Part shown: one piece after another, positions 1 through 7,621 of the stretch | Numbering within the stretch: the stretch's first letter is position 1 | How the letters are laid out: the number at the start of each line of letters is the position of its first letter | NCBI GenBank assembly: GCA_044869275.1 | Contig: JBIOXB010000010.1 | Location: 1-35,011, forward strand | Source: a bacterium | GTDB taxonomy: Bacteria > Zhuqueibacterota > Zhuqueibacteria > Zhuqueibacterales > Zhuqueibacteraceae | Direction: 5' to 3' | DNA length: 35,011 nucleotides | The notes under the pieces: generated by a model | What the model was told of the DNA's origin: nothing | Seen by the model: only the letters and a program-made list of their open reading frames with translations | Database searches by the model: none | Made by a program: the position numbers and the translations under genes

Positions 1-2
1 TG

Positions 3-24
3 AGAATTTTGGAATCAAAATTCT
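3..24. repeat. Perfect 9-bp hairpin just downstream of the stop codon of the 534-aa ORF; candidate element-end structure or terminator
   Basis: AGAATTTTG (3-11), loop GAAT, CAAAATTCT (16-24) is a perfect inverted repeat. Confidence 0.8.
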
Positions 25-43
25 TTACAAACAGAGCAAGTTA

Positions 44-1648
44 TTAGACCGTCGCTGGGACTGCAATCATCGCGCGTTTTATCCATTCATCGATGATCTT
101 TGCAGTTTTGTTCAGCGCTTGAGCCAAGTCCGATGGAAACGGTTGCTTGGGGAGGAGCGCCGCCAGTCCCGGACGAAATAGGCGCTCATAAAGTTTAACG
201 AAGAACGTAGCGATTTTGGCACCCAATTCCGTTAGCCTGTAACTCTGAGAATGAGCAAGGCGTTCAACCAACTCCTTCAGTCGCAAGCGTCTTAAATCAT
301 AAGACATCTGCGCACAGGTGTATTCGGATTGCGGAACGCCTATCAGTTGCGCGACAATCGGGCGCAGGGTTTTGTTGCGGAGTTCACCTGGCACATGCGA
401 ATAGTTGATCAAAGCCGCGAACACCGCCATGACGCGCCGATCACCAAAGCGCAATGCGGAGGCGCGTTGGCCATCGGGGCCAACTGTGGACTGGCTCAAT
501 CGCCGGATGTCCTCGATCGGGACATAACAATCTTGTCGGATACGCTCCTGCTCTAATAAGCGGCGATTGATTTGTCGTCCGAGTTGTTGCAAACGATCGA
601 AATGGACGAGACCGCGTGGACAATCAAAATCCCGGGGATTGTTGAACATGGTTTCGGTGCGTAAACCGCGTCCGTCTTTAAAGTACTGTTTGAGCGCACT
701 ATGCTTGTAGCCAATCTTGATGCTGGGCAGAACGCCTTTGCGAAGCACGCGCGTGTAGAACTCACTGCGCGTTCTTTTGGTGACCCGACGATTAAAGATC
801 AGGCTGATCCGGTCCGGGCGGCCGAGATCGAGGTTATCTCGAATGAGATTCTCGACAAAGGCGCGCCCTTGTTCCGCATCTGCAAACACCTGTGTGCGGC
901 TGACTTCCATCTGCCAAATGCTCAATAGGTGTTGATACCCGGCCGCGCGTTGTTTCGCGGTGAGCGGCCAAGGCAATTGGTCGATCCAGTGATCGAAAAG
1001 CGCCTGAATCTTTTCCTGATTTAATTGGTCACAAATTTCCTGTAAACGTTGCGGAGCTTCGCAACTAGCGAAGCCGTTACTCAAGGGCTCGAAGGTGATG
1101 CGCGCTTTGCGCAATTGTTGTTTGGCCCTTTCATGGCCATTGAAGCAGACTTTGACTTCAAATGGAAAGTAGGTACAAACTTTGATGAAGATCAGGCCAA
1201 AATCTTGATCCATGATATAGAAATAGTAATGGATCACATTCACCGTACGACGAAAATATTTGAACCAGACTCTCTTGCCGTGGTCCTCGCGACGAGCGCC
1301 ATAGGTGCTGGCTTTCTCTTGGGCCTTACCAATCAAAACCACACCGTGCTTGGTTTTGAGATGTTCGGCGTGTTGACGCGCCACTTCATCTTTATCTTCG
1401 CCTTTGCTAAAGGTGTAGATTTTCAAACCCTGTGCTAGGGCATACTGTTCGACGGCTTGGCGAAATTGGTCTGACATTTGATACATGCCTTTGGGAGAAG
1501 GAATGGGCCAGCCAAACTGTCGGCAAATAAAATTGATGACGCCACCAGGCATTTGAAGAAACTTGACGTAACCATTCAAGTAAACACGATCGACGCATTC
1601 GATGTCTAATGTAATTTTGCCTGGGAGTATTTCATGAACGGTTGGCAT
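44..1648 (-). CDS. Putative transposase or rolling-circle initiator-like protein with C-terminal winged helix-turn-helix (534 aa)
   Basis: Intact long ORF. Motifs TLDIECVDRVYLNGY, IWQMEVSRTQVF, SALKQYFKDGRGLRTET (Tyr322, Glu332), LRFGDRRV and a wHTH-like MSYDLRRLRLKELVER...YRLTELG. I saw no DDE triad or HUH motif. Confidence 0.6.
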   Translation of the reverse strand: MPTVHEILPGKITLDIECVDRVYLNGYVKFLQMPGGVINFICRQFGWPIPSPKGMYQMSDQFRQAVEQYALAQGLKIYTFSKGEDKDEVARQHAEHLKTKHGVVLIGKAQEKASTYGARREDHGKRVWFKYFRRTVNVIHYYFYIMDQDFGLIFIKVCTYFPFEVKVCFNGHERAKQQLRKARITFEPLSNGFASCEAPQRLQEICDQLNQEKIQALFDHWIDQLPWPLTAKQRAAGYQHLLSIWQMEVSRTQVFADAEQGRAFVENLIRDNLDLGRPDRISLIFNRRVTKRTRSEFYTRVLRKGVLPSIKIGYKHSALKQYFKDGRGLRTETMFNNPRDFDCPRGLVHFDRLQQLGRQINRRLLEQERIRQDCYVPIEDIRRLSQSTVGPDGQRASALRFGDRRVMAVFAALINYSHVPGELRNKTLRPIVAQLIGVPQSEYTCAQMSYDLRRLRLKELVERLAHSQSYRLTELGAKIATFFVKLYERLFRPGLAALLPKQPFPSDLAQALNKTAKIIDEWIKRAMIAVPATV

Positions 1649-1702
1649 AGGTCACACTCGGCAAAGTGAGACGCAAGCAAGATAAAGAAGGTCAATCCAA
1701 TC

Positions 1703-1929
1703 TAACTGTCAAACAGAACAAGCGCAAACCGTTCTTTTGAAATATAACGCTGATCAAACAAAGACTCGTCTCAAACACGATGCCCATTCCGTGGGAGTTC
1801 TGATTCCGTGGGCGAAGTTTCCAACAGATTATTGCCGGCGCTCATCCGTTGGTCTTTATCTATCCGTTGGAAAAAATAAAGAACTCTAGACACTCGTCGG
1901 TTTGAGGCGAAGCTTCGCTGGACAGTTAC
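1703..1929. repeat. Nested inverted-repeat (MITE/REP-like) region between the element ORF and nagB
   Basis: TAACTGTCAA (1703-1712) / TGGACAGTTA (1919-1928). CGTCTCAAAC (1767-1776) / GTTTGAGGCG (1900-1909). TTTCCAACAGAT (1818-1829) / ATCCGTTGGAAA (1862-1873). Direct repeats ATTCCGTGGG (1786, 1803) and ATCCGTTGG (1844, 1862). Palindrome GCGAAGCTTCGC (1907-1918). Confidence 0.55.
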
Positions 1930-1961
1930 GAAGTGTGAATTATTGTTGAGGGAGGTGCGCC

Positions 1962-2705
1962 ATGCTGGTTTTGGTGAAAGAAAGCTTTGAAGAAATGAGC
2001 CAGGTGGCGGCGCAATTGGTCGCCACATTGATTCGCAGAAAACCAAACTGCGTGCTGGGTTTTGCCACCGGCGGCACGCCTCTGGGACTGTATCGCGAGC
2101 TGATTCGCATGCACCACAGCGAGGGCCTGGATTTTTCCAAAGTCACTACTTTTAATTTGGATGAGTACGTCGGGCTGCCGCCGGAACACGATCAAAGCTA
2201 TCATTACTTCATGTGGGAGAATCTATTCAAGCACCTCAACGTCGACCGGCGGTTCGTCCATATTCCCATGGGCATGTCGCATGACATCGAGGCGCACTGC
2301 GAATGGTATGAGGCGCAAATCGAAAAATGCGGAGGCCTCGATCTGCAAATTCTCGGCATTGGAGCAAACGGGCACATTGCGTTCAACGAGCCGGGCTCTT
2401 CCCTGGGTTCGCGCACACGCATCAAAACGCTCACCGGCACGACGCGTGAAGCCAATGCCCGCTTCTTCAAAAATCCCGACGAAGTACCGCAGTATGCCAT
2501 CACCATGGGTGTGGGTACGATCATGGATGCGCGCGATCTGCTGCTGGTCGCCAACGGCGAGGGTAAGGCCGACGCAATTAAAGCGACGATCGAAGGCCCG
2601 ATCACGGCTTTGGTGCCTGCGACCATCGTGCAGATGCATCGCCGCGCCACCATCATCGTCGATCGCGCCGCCGCCAGCAAGCTGCAGGGCCGCTACACCG
2701 ATTGA
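1962..2705 (+). CDS. nagB: Glucosamine-6-phosphate deaminase
   Basis: Motifs VLGFATGGTP, TFNLDEYVGL, LGIGANGHIAFNEPGS, AITMGVGTI. 247 aa. GGAGG RBS at 1951-1955. Confidence 0.97.
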   Translation: MLVLVKESFEEMSQVAAQLVATLIRRKPNCVLGFATGGTPLGLYRELIRMHHSEGLDFSKVTTFNLDEYVGLPPEHDQSYHYFMWENLFKHLNVDRRFVHIPMGMSHDIEAHCEWYEAQIEKCGGLDLQILGIGANGHIAFNEPGSSLGSRTRIKTLTGTTREANARFFKNPDEVPQYAITMGVGTIMDARDLLLVANGEGKADAIKATIEGPITALVPATIVQMHRRATIIVDRAAASKLQGRYTD

Positions 2706-2721
2706 GTTGCGCAATCATATC

Positions 2722-2844
2722 TGGGGCGGAGGAGATGCCTGCATGCACAGGCATGACACCTCACTTTGCCCCCAAGTCATTCCGACAATTCCGGTTGTCC
2801 CAGAATAAGAAATGCTTCGCAGATTTCCGCAGAGGCACACAGAC
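2722..2844. repeat. Cluster of REP-like palindromes between convergent nagB and AI-2E genes
   Basis: ATGCCTG-catgca-CAGGCAT followed by GAC (2735-2757), and an inverted partner GTCATTCCGACAA-ttccgg-TTGTC (2776-2799). Outer stem GGGGCGGAG/CTTTGCCCC. A 10-nt-period triplet CGCAGAT/CGCAGAG/CACAGAC (2818-2844). Confidence 0.6.
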
Positions 2845-2848
2845 AAAT

Positions 2849-3979
2849 TCAATTGCGCATGCGAAAGTCGCGCGCCATCCTCAAGCTTTCCTGCAAAACA
2901 ATTTTGATCACAGCCAATAGCGGCGCCGCGAGAAAAAGCCCCCACACCCCAGCCAGGCCTCCTCCGACGATTATTCCCAGGATCGTTTCCAGCGGCCTCA
3001 AAACCATGCCAGCTTTTAAGAAACGCAGGGACATCGCCGCGTCTTTCATCAGATCGATCGTCGCGAAGGCCAGGAGCATGGGAAGAATCAAGCTGTAAGC
3101 ACCAGCCGCCACCACGCCGATCATGAGCGCCATCGTCGCGCCCAGGAGGCTCCCGAAATACGGCGTGAGGCTGCTGAGGCCGGCGAACATTCCCAGGATC
3201 AAAAAGCAGGGCACCTGCATCAAATAAAAAGCGAAGGCCATGAGGGCGGTGACGGCGCAGGCGGTTAGCGCCTGCGCCCGCCACAACTGTTGCAGGCGTG
3301 TGGGCAGCGTATGCAGCAGCCAGACGGTTTTTTCCAAATGGCGATTGGCAACGGCTTTGATCAGCGCACGGCGCATGATCTGGCCCTCGGCCAGCAAGAC
3401 CAGAATCAAAATCGCCAACAGAACCAGGGCGGGCCAGGTGGTGAGCAGAACGGAAGTGAGGCTCAGCGCGCTGAGCTCGACGGCTTTCTTCCAGTGGTCA
3501 TAGTCAGCGAGCAGCCGTTGTTTGAACATGGCGTTTTGCAGCCAGGGCAAAACCTCTCCCAACCAGGACACCGCGCGCCCGCCGAATTGCTCCGGTTTTT
3601 TCGACGCAAAGAAAGAGGAAATGGCTTCTGCCTCTTGCGCCAGGCGCTGGGCAAAAGGCGGAAAAACGCCAAAGAGAATCAGAGCGGAGAGCGCAAAAAC
3701 GGCAGCGACTCCGGTAGAACGCGACCAGCCTTTTTTTTCAAAAAAAGAGACGGCGGGCTCGAACAAAGAGGCAATGATGACGGCCAGAAAGAGCTGGCCG
3801 GCAGCGAAAGTTACATACGAATACAGCCACAGCAGCGCGGTCAAAACCGCGAGGCCGGCAATTAAAAGGCGGCGCGCAGGAGCTGGTGGCTGGGGTGGCG
3901 GAGCAGGTGGTGTTGGCGAATGTGAGGGGCGAGCCGAGCGTCGAGTCTTGACTTTGAAATAAGCCCGCTTCGGGGTCAT
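2849..3979 (-). CDS. AI-2E family transporter
   Basis: Multi-TM protein with IIASLFEPAVSFFEKKGWSR, GMFAGLSSLTPYFGSLLG and GGGLAGVWGLFLAAPLLAVIK motifs. Pro-rich N-terminus. Start overlaps the stop of the upstream gene (ATGA, 3976-3979). Confidence 0.88.
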   Translation of the reverse strand: MTPKRAYFKVKTRRSARPSHSPTPPAPPPQPPAPARRLLIAGLAVLTALLWLYSYVTFAAGQLFLAVIIASLFEPAVSFFEKKGWSRSTGVAAVFALSALILFGVFPPFAQRLAQEAEAISSFFASKKPEQFGGRAVSWLGEVLPWLQNAMFKQRLLADYDHWKKAVELSALSLTSVLLTTWPALVLLAILILVLLAEGQIMRRALIKAVANRHLEKTVWLLHTLPTRLQQLWRAQALTACAVTALMAFAFYLMQVPCFLILGMFAGLSSLTPYFGSLLGATMALMIGVVAAGAYSLILPMLLAFATIDLMKDAAMSLRFLKAGMVLRPLETILGIIVGGGLAGVWGLFLAAPLLAVIKIVLQESLRMARDFRMRN

Positions 3980-4536
3980 ACGACGAGATCCGCGCGCTCG
4001 AGTTGCGCGCGCAGTTTTTGCATTTCCGAGTTGCTGTATTTCAGACGCTCACCGATAATGAGCGCGAGCTGGAACAAGAACTTGTTGCCCAGGCGCGGTT
4101 TGCGGTCCAGCAAGCTGAACAGGTCGGGCCGGAACAGGCCGAGAATTTTGGTTTCTTCTTTGGCAATAGCCGTGGCAGAGCGTGGCGACTCGTCCAGCAG
4201 TGCCAACTCGCCGAAGAATTCTCCTCCTTTCAACGTCGCCAGCACTTTGCGTTCTTCGGAGGAGAAATACTTGCTGATGGTGACGCTGCCGCGATGGATG
4301 ATGTACATGCCCACCCCGGGCTCGCCTTCCCAAAAAATCGTTTCGCCGGCCTTGAAGCTGCGGCGGTGAATGATCTTCTCGAACTCGCGCAATTCGCCGT
4401 TGTTCATATTGCTGAAGAGCGGCACCTGGCGCAGCACGTGCAAGATGTCTTCAGCGTCGCCGGCTTTTTTACCGAAGATATTGCCCCACACGGAGTCGGC
4501 AGCTGGTGAAGCAGCCTTGGGATGATCGTCCTTCAT
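3976..4536 (-). CDS. Stand-alone cyclic-nucleotide-binding domain protein (no C-terminal HTH)
   Basis: LRQVPLFS...GETIFWEGEPGVGMYIIHRGSV...GEFFGELALLDESPRSATA phosphate-binding cassette. Protein ends shortly after the C-helix. Confidence 0.92.
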   Translation of the reverse strand: MKDDHPKAASPAADSVWGNIFGKKAGDAEDILHVLRQVPLFSNMNNGELREFEKIIHRRSFKAGETIFWEGEPGVGMYIIHRGSVTISKYFSSEERKVLATLKGGEFFGELALLDESPRSATAIAKEETKILGLFRPDLFSLLDRKPRLGNKFLFQLALIIGERLKYSNSEMQKLRAQLERADLVV

Positions 4537-4542
4537 GGCGCC

Positions 4543-4571
4543 AATATACTGATCGCCACCGCCGCTGTCAA
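4543..4571 (-). promoter_or_regulatory. Sigma70-type promoter, probably giving a leaderless mRNA for the cNMP protein/AI-2E operon
   Basis: Minus strand TTGACA (4571-4566), 17 nt, TATATT (4548-4543), 6 nt, ATG (4536). No SD sequence. Confidence 0.75.
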
Positions 4572-4618
4572 GTTTTTCCTCGGTAACAAATTGAAACCCG
4601 AGCTGCTGGCCGGAGCCT

Positions 4619-5605
4619 TTATGGCAGGGATGAATGCGAACCCATCCCGCTGGAAAAATTGGATTTCAGAAAATCTAAAACCCTTTGTTCGTACAGTGCC
4701 GGATTGCTTGCAAACGCCGCGCCGTGTTTTGCTCCCTCAACGACGACCAGCTTTTTGTGCGTGCTGGGAGAATGGTCGTAGAGCAACTGCGAGATTTCCG
4801 GCGGCATGCGCACGTCCGCGCTGCCGGCAATGAAAAGAATGGGCCGGTCGCCGATGCGCTCGAGCGCACGGCGCATGTCGAATTGCCCGGCATTGAAGCC
4901 CACGCGCCATTTGGTGAAGAGAATGATTTCATCCGCCACCGGAAAGCGCGGCAGGCCCAGCCATATTTTCGCGTGGTGGGCGATGAGATGATCGAAAGAA
5001 AGGAAACTGCTGTCCAGAATCAGGCCCGCGATTTCCGGCGTTTCCGCGGCGGCGAGCATGGCGGCGGCAGTGCCCATGGAAACCGCAGAGGCCACAATGG
5101 GCTGCTGCACGTGCAGGCTGTCGCGCAGAAAACGCACCGCACCCAGCATGTCCAGCCTTTCGAGATAACCCGCACCGGTGAGCTCACCGCCACTTTCGCC
5201 GTGGCGGCGGAAGTCAAAGAGCAAGCCGGCATATCCTTGCTTTTGAAAATGCACCGCACGCTCCAGCAATTCCAGACGCGAGCGGAACAGCCCATGGCCA
5301 TAGACCATGGCCACGCGCGAGCTTTCCGCCGGCAGCCACCATCCGGCCAGTGGCGTGCCGTCGGCGGAATTGAAATGCACGCGGCGATAGGCTGCGCCAT
5401 ATTGCTCGGGCGTGACGTTCATGACGCGATCGCTGGGCCGCGAGCGCGCATGGGTCAAGAACCAGGAAAGCATAAAGGGCACTACGAAAAAGACAAAAAC
5501 AAAAATGACTACCCCGAGCCCGATGAGCACTCGCTTGATCCAGCGCCAAAGGCCTGTGCTTCTTGGAGATCGCGAATCTTTCATTTTGTTATCCTGGTGA
5601 TTCAT
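4619..5605 (-). CDS. Membrane-anchored alpha/beta hydrolase (Hydrolase_4/S33-like)
   Basis: N-terminal TM helix. DGTPLAGWW, YGHG, FDFRRHGES, nucleophile elbow AVSMG, GSAD (Asp), GAKHG (His). Confidence 0.88.
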   Translation of the reverse strand: MNHQDNKMKDSRSPRSTGLWRWIKRVLIGLGVVIFVFVFFVVPFMLSWFLTHARSRPSDRVMNVTPEQYGAAYRRVHFNSADGTPLAGWWLPAESSRVAMVYGHGLFRSRLELLERAVHFQKQGYAGLLFDFRRHGESGGELTGAGYLERLDMLGAVRFLRDSLHVQQPIVASAVSMGTAAAMLAAAETPEIAGLILDSSFLSFDHLIAHHAKIWLGLPRFPVADEIILFTKWRVGFNAGQFDMRRALERIGDRPILFIAGSADVRMPPEISQLLYDHSPSTHKKLVVVEGAKHGAAFASNPALYEQRVLDFLKSNFSSGMGSHSSLP

Positions 5606-5620
5606 GCTAATCTTACTGCC

Positions 5621-7090
5621 TCAAACGGGAGATTCTTCCGCGCGCATGGGAATAGGCTGTCGCTTTTTCCTGCTCTCCAACAACGCGAGCACCGGCCCGG
5701 TCATGAAAGTCGTTACCAGCGCCATGCTGACCATCATGGCAAACATGCGCGGGGCAAGGATGCCCAGGTCGTATCCGATATTGAGCACGACGAGTTCCAT
5801 CAAGCCGCGGGTGTTCATCAAAGCGCCGAGGGCGGTGGACTCGTGCCAGCTCATGCCGGTCCAGCGCGCGGCCAGCATGCTCCCGCCAAATTTTCCCACG
5901 ATCGCGACGGCAATAATGCCGGCGCACGTGAGCCAGCTCGATCCGTCATCGAGCAGCGCAATCTGCGTGCGCAAGCCGGTGAAAGCGAAAAAGATCGGCA
6001 AGAGAAAAACCGAGCTAAAGGTTTCGAGGCGTTCGCGCAAAAACGCGCGCAATCCCGGTTGCGCGGGCATGATAACGCCCGCGAGAAACGCACCAAACAG
6101 CGCATGGATGCCGATGATTTCCGTTGAAAGCGCCGCCATGAAGACGAACGCCAAAATACCGGCGACCCGCCCTTTGCTATGCCTCTCGCCGCGCGCATTG
6201 CCACCGAACAAGCGGACGGCGCTCGGCTTGAGCAAGAAAAGCATGACGGCGATAAAAAGCACGGCGAGGCCGATGGTCAACAGCGAGCCGCCCAGGCCGC
6301 GCGACTTCACGATCGCCACTACCACGGCAAGCATGCACCATGCCGTCACGTCGTCCACCGCGGCGCACGCGATCGCCGTCCGGCCGAGATGGCTTTGGGA
6401 CATGCCGCGTTCTTCCAGAATACGCGCCAACACCGGGAATGCCGTGATGCTCATCGCAATCCCCATGAACAGCGCGAATGCCACGAAGGAAACATGCGCC
6501 GGCGCCAGCATGGGATAGAGGAGCAAAGACAAGGCCGCGCCCAAGCAAAACGGAATCAGGATGCTGGCGTGGCTTACCAAGATCGTCGCATGCGCTTTGT
6601 GGCGGAGATGCTGCACATCCAATTCAATGCCGACGATGAACATGAAAAGAATGACCCCGATTTGACTCAGCGCATGCAGCGTGCCCATGGCAGCGGCCGG
6701 AAACAGAGAGGCCTGCACTTCGGGAGACAATATGCCCAACAACGAGGGGCCAAGAATGATGCCGGCAATCGTCTCGCCGATCACCCCGGGCTGGCCGAAT
6801 TTCAGAAACAGCGCGCCGAGTAATCGGGCGGCGGCGATGATCACCAGCAATTGCAGCAGCAAAATGCCCAAAGGGTGCTGCAGGTTTTCGGTCAAGACTT
6901 CGGCAATGCCCGCGGAGGAAGCTTCGGAATCAGGCGCAGTGGGAGAAAAAACATTCAGCGGCTGAGAGCGGGAGCTTTGCTCAGTTTGCACCCCGCTGGG
7001 TTGCAGGCGCGAACCGCGCGCGAGAATGAAATAAAGCCCGGCGCCGCAGATCAAAAGCACGGCGAGATATAAGAAAAGGTTTTTCCGCAT
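5621..7090 (-). CDS. Cation:proton antiporter (CPA2 / Kef-type membrane domain)
   Basis: GQPGVIGETIAGIILGPSLLG, AMSITAFPVLARIL, AAVDDVTAW, LMNTRGLMELVVLNIG. Start moved to ATG 7090 (MRKNLF) because the longer ORF overlaps the upstream gene. Confidence 0.92.
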   Translation of the reverse strand: MRKNLFLYLAVLLICGAGLYFILARGSRLQPSGVQTEQSSRSQPLNVFSPTAPDSEASSAGIAEVLTENLQHPLGILLLQLLVIIAAARLLGALFLKFGQPGVIGETIAGIILGPSLLGILSPEVQASLFPAAAMGTLHALSQIGVILFMFIVGIELDVQHLRHKAHATILVSHASILIPFCLGAALSLLLYPMLAPAHVSFVAFALFMGIAMSITAFPVLARILEERGMSQSHLGRTAIACAAVDDVTAWCMLAVVVAIVKSRGLGGSLLTIGLAVLFIAVMLFLLKPSAVRLFGGNARGERHSKGRVAGILAFVFMAALSTEIIGIHALFGAFLAGVIMPAQPGLRAFLRERLETFSSVFLLPIFFAFTGLRTQIALLDDGSSWLTCAGIIAVAIVGKFGGSMLAARWTGMSWHESTALGALMNTRGLMELVVLNIGYDLGILAPRMFAMMVSMALVTTFMTGPVLALLESRKKRQPIPMRAEESPV

Positions 7091-7113
7091 CCGCAGCCGC
7101 TTTCCTGGGAAGA

Positions 7114-7602
7114 CTATTGCTCGCGCCCTTTGGCTACCATCTCTCGCACAAAAGACATCTCTTGCAAAGTGGAACCGACTGCCAAACGCGCTTCGCGCAC
7201 CAACAACAGGCTGCTGTAGAGCAAGGTGCACGCGCCGCACAAGCCCAGAATTACCGGAATCCAACTGTAGCGCCATTGCAAGGCGGCAATCACGCCAACG
7301 GCGATGCTGGTCATGACCAGGAGGCCGATGGAAATATACAACGCCGCCATCGCCGTGCGCAGGATAAGCACGCGTGAGGTGAGAATGGGCAATTGGTCCG
7401 AGATGAGCCGCATTCTGGTGTGCTCGTGCTCTCCCCTTCCCTTTTGCAATTGTTCTGCTTCGAGCGCCAAAACGCGAACCCGATCCACCACCCGGCTCAG
7501 CCGGTTGGAAGTGGACAATACCAGCGTCCCGCCGGCTGAGATGAGCACCGCGGGAGTGATCATGGCACCGAGGATCTCGTGCGCGGAAGGGGCGATAATC
7601 AT
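7114..7602 (-). CDS. DUF2721-like small membrane protein
   Basis: AMITPAVLISAGGTLVLSTSNRLSRVVDRVR signature and three hydrophobic helices. Confidence 0.8.
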   Translation of the reverse strand: MIIAPSAHEILGAMITPAVLISAGGTLVLSTSNRLSRVVDRVRVLALEAEQLQKGRGEHEHTRMRLISDQLPILTSRVLILRTAMAALYISIGLLVMTSIAVGVIAALQWRYSWIPVILGLCGACTLLYSSLLLVREARLAVGSTLQEMSFVREMVAKGREQ

Positions 7603-7621
7603 AGTTTGTGGACCCGATCTC

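Larger units (their letters stand above)
1..1722 (-). mobile_element. Putative single-ORF mobile element; boundaries inferred, left end possibly truncated by the window edge
   Basis: Visibly lower GC than neighbouring genes. Single ORF with nickase-like and wHTH motifs. Direct repeat CAAACAGAGCAAG (28-40) / CAAACAGAACAAG (1710-1722). Hairpins at 3-24 and 1651-1672. Confidence 0.55.

Noticed and set aside
1678..1690. Minus-strand TTCTTTATCTTG resembling the pC194-family nick site
   Set aside because: The following bases are CTTG rather than ATA, the match is short and pyrimidine-rich, and that site belongs to HUH Reps. It may be chance.
1780..1875. Short direct repeats as a possible CRISPR array
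   Set aside because: Repeats are 9-10 nt with 7-9 nt spacers and only two copies each. No cas genes in the window.
1919..1946. TGGACA-N16-TATTGT as the nagB promoter
   Set aside because: The predicted TSS would fall within the SD sequence, and the -35 is part of an inverted repeat. Not supported.
1730..1961. glmS ribozyme or other known riboswitch upstream of nagB
   Set aside because: I could not find the conserved glmS core (AGCGCC...GACGAGG). The structure is better explained by repeats.
4685..6127. 480-aa plus-strand ORF
   Set aside because: Antisense shadow of the hydrolase and antiporter genes. No recognisable motifs; expected from GC-rich codon bias.
7091..7276. N-terminal extension of the antiporter ORF
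   Set aside because: Overlaps the DUF2721 gene in another frame and looks non-protein-like. ATG 7090 fits better.
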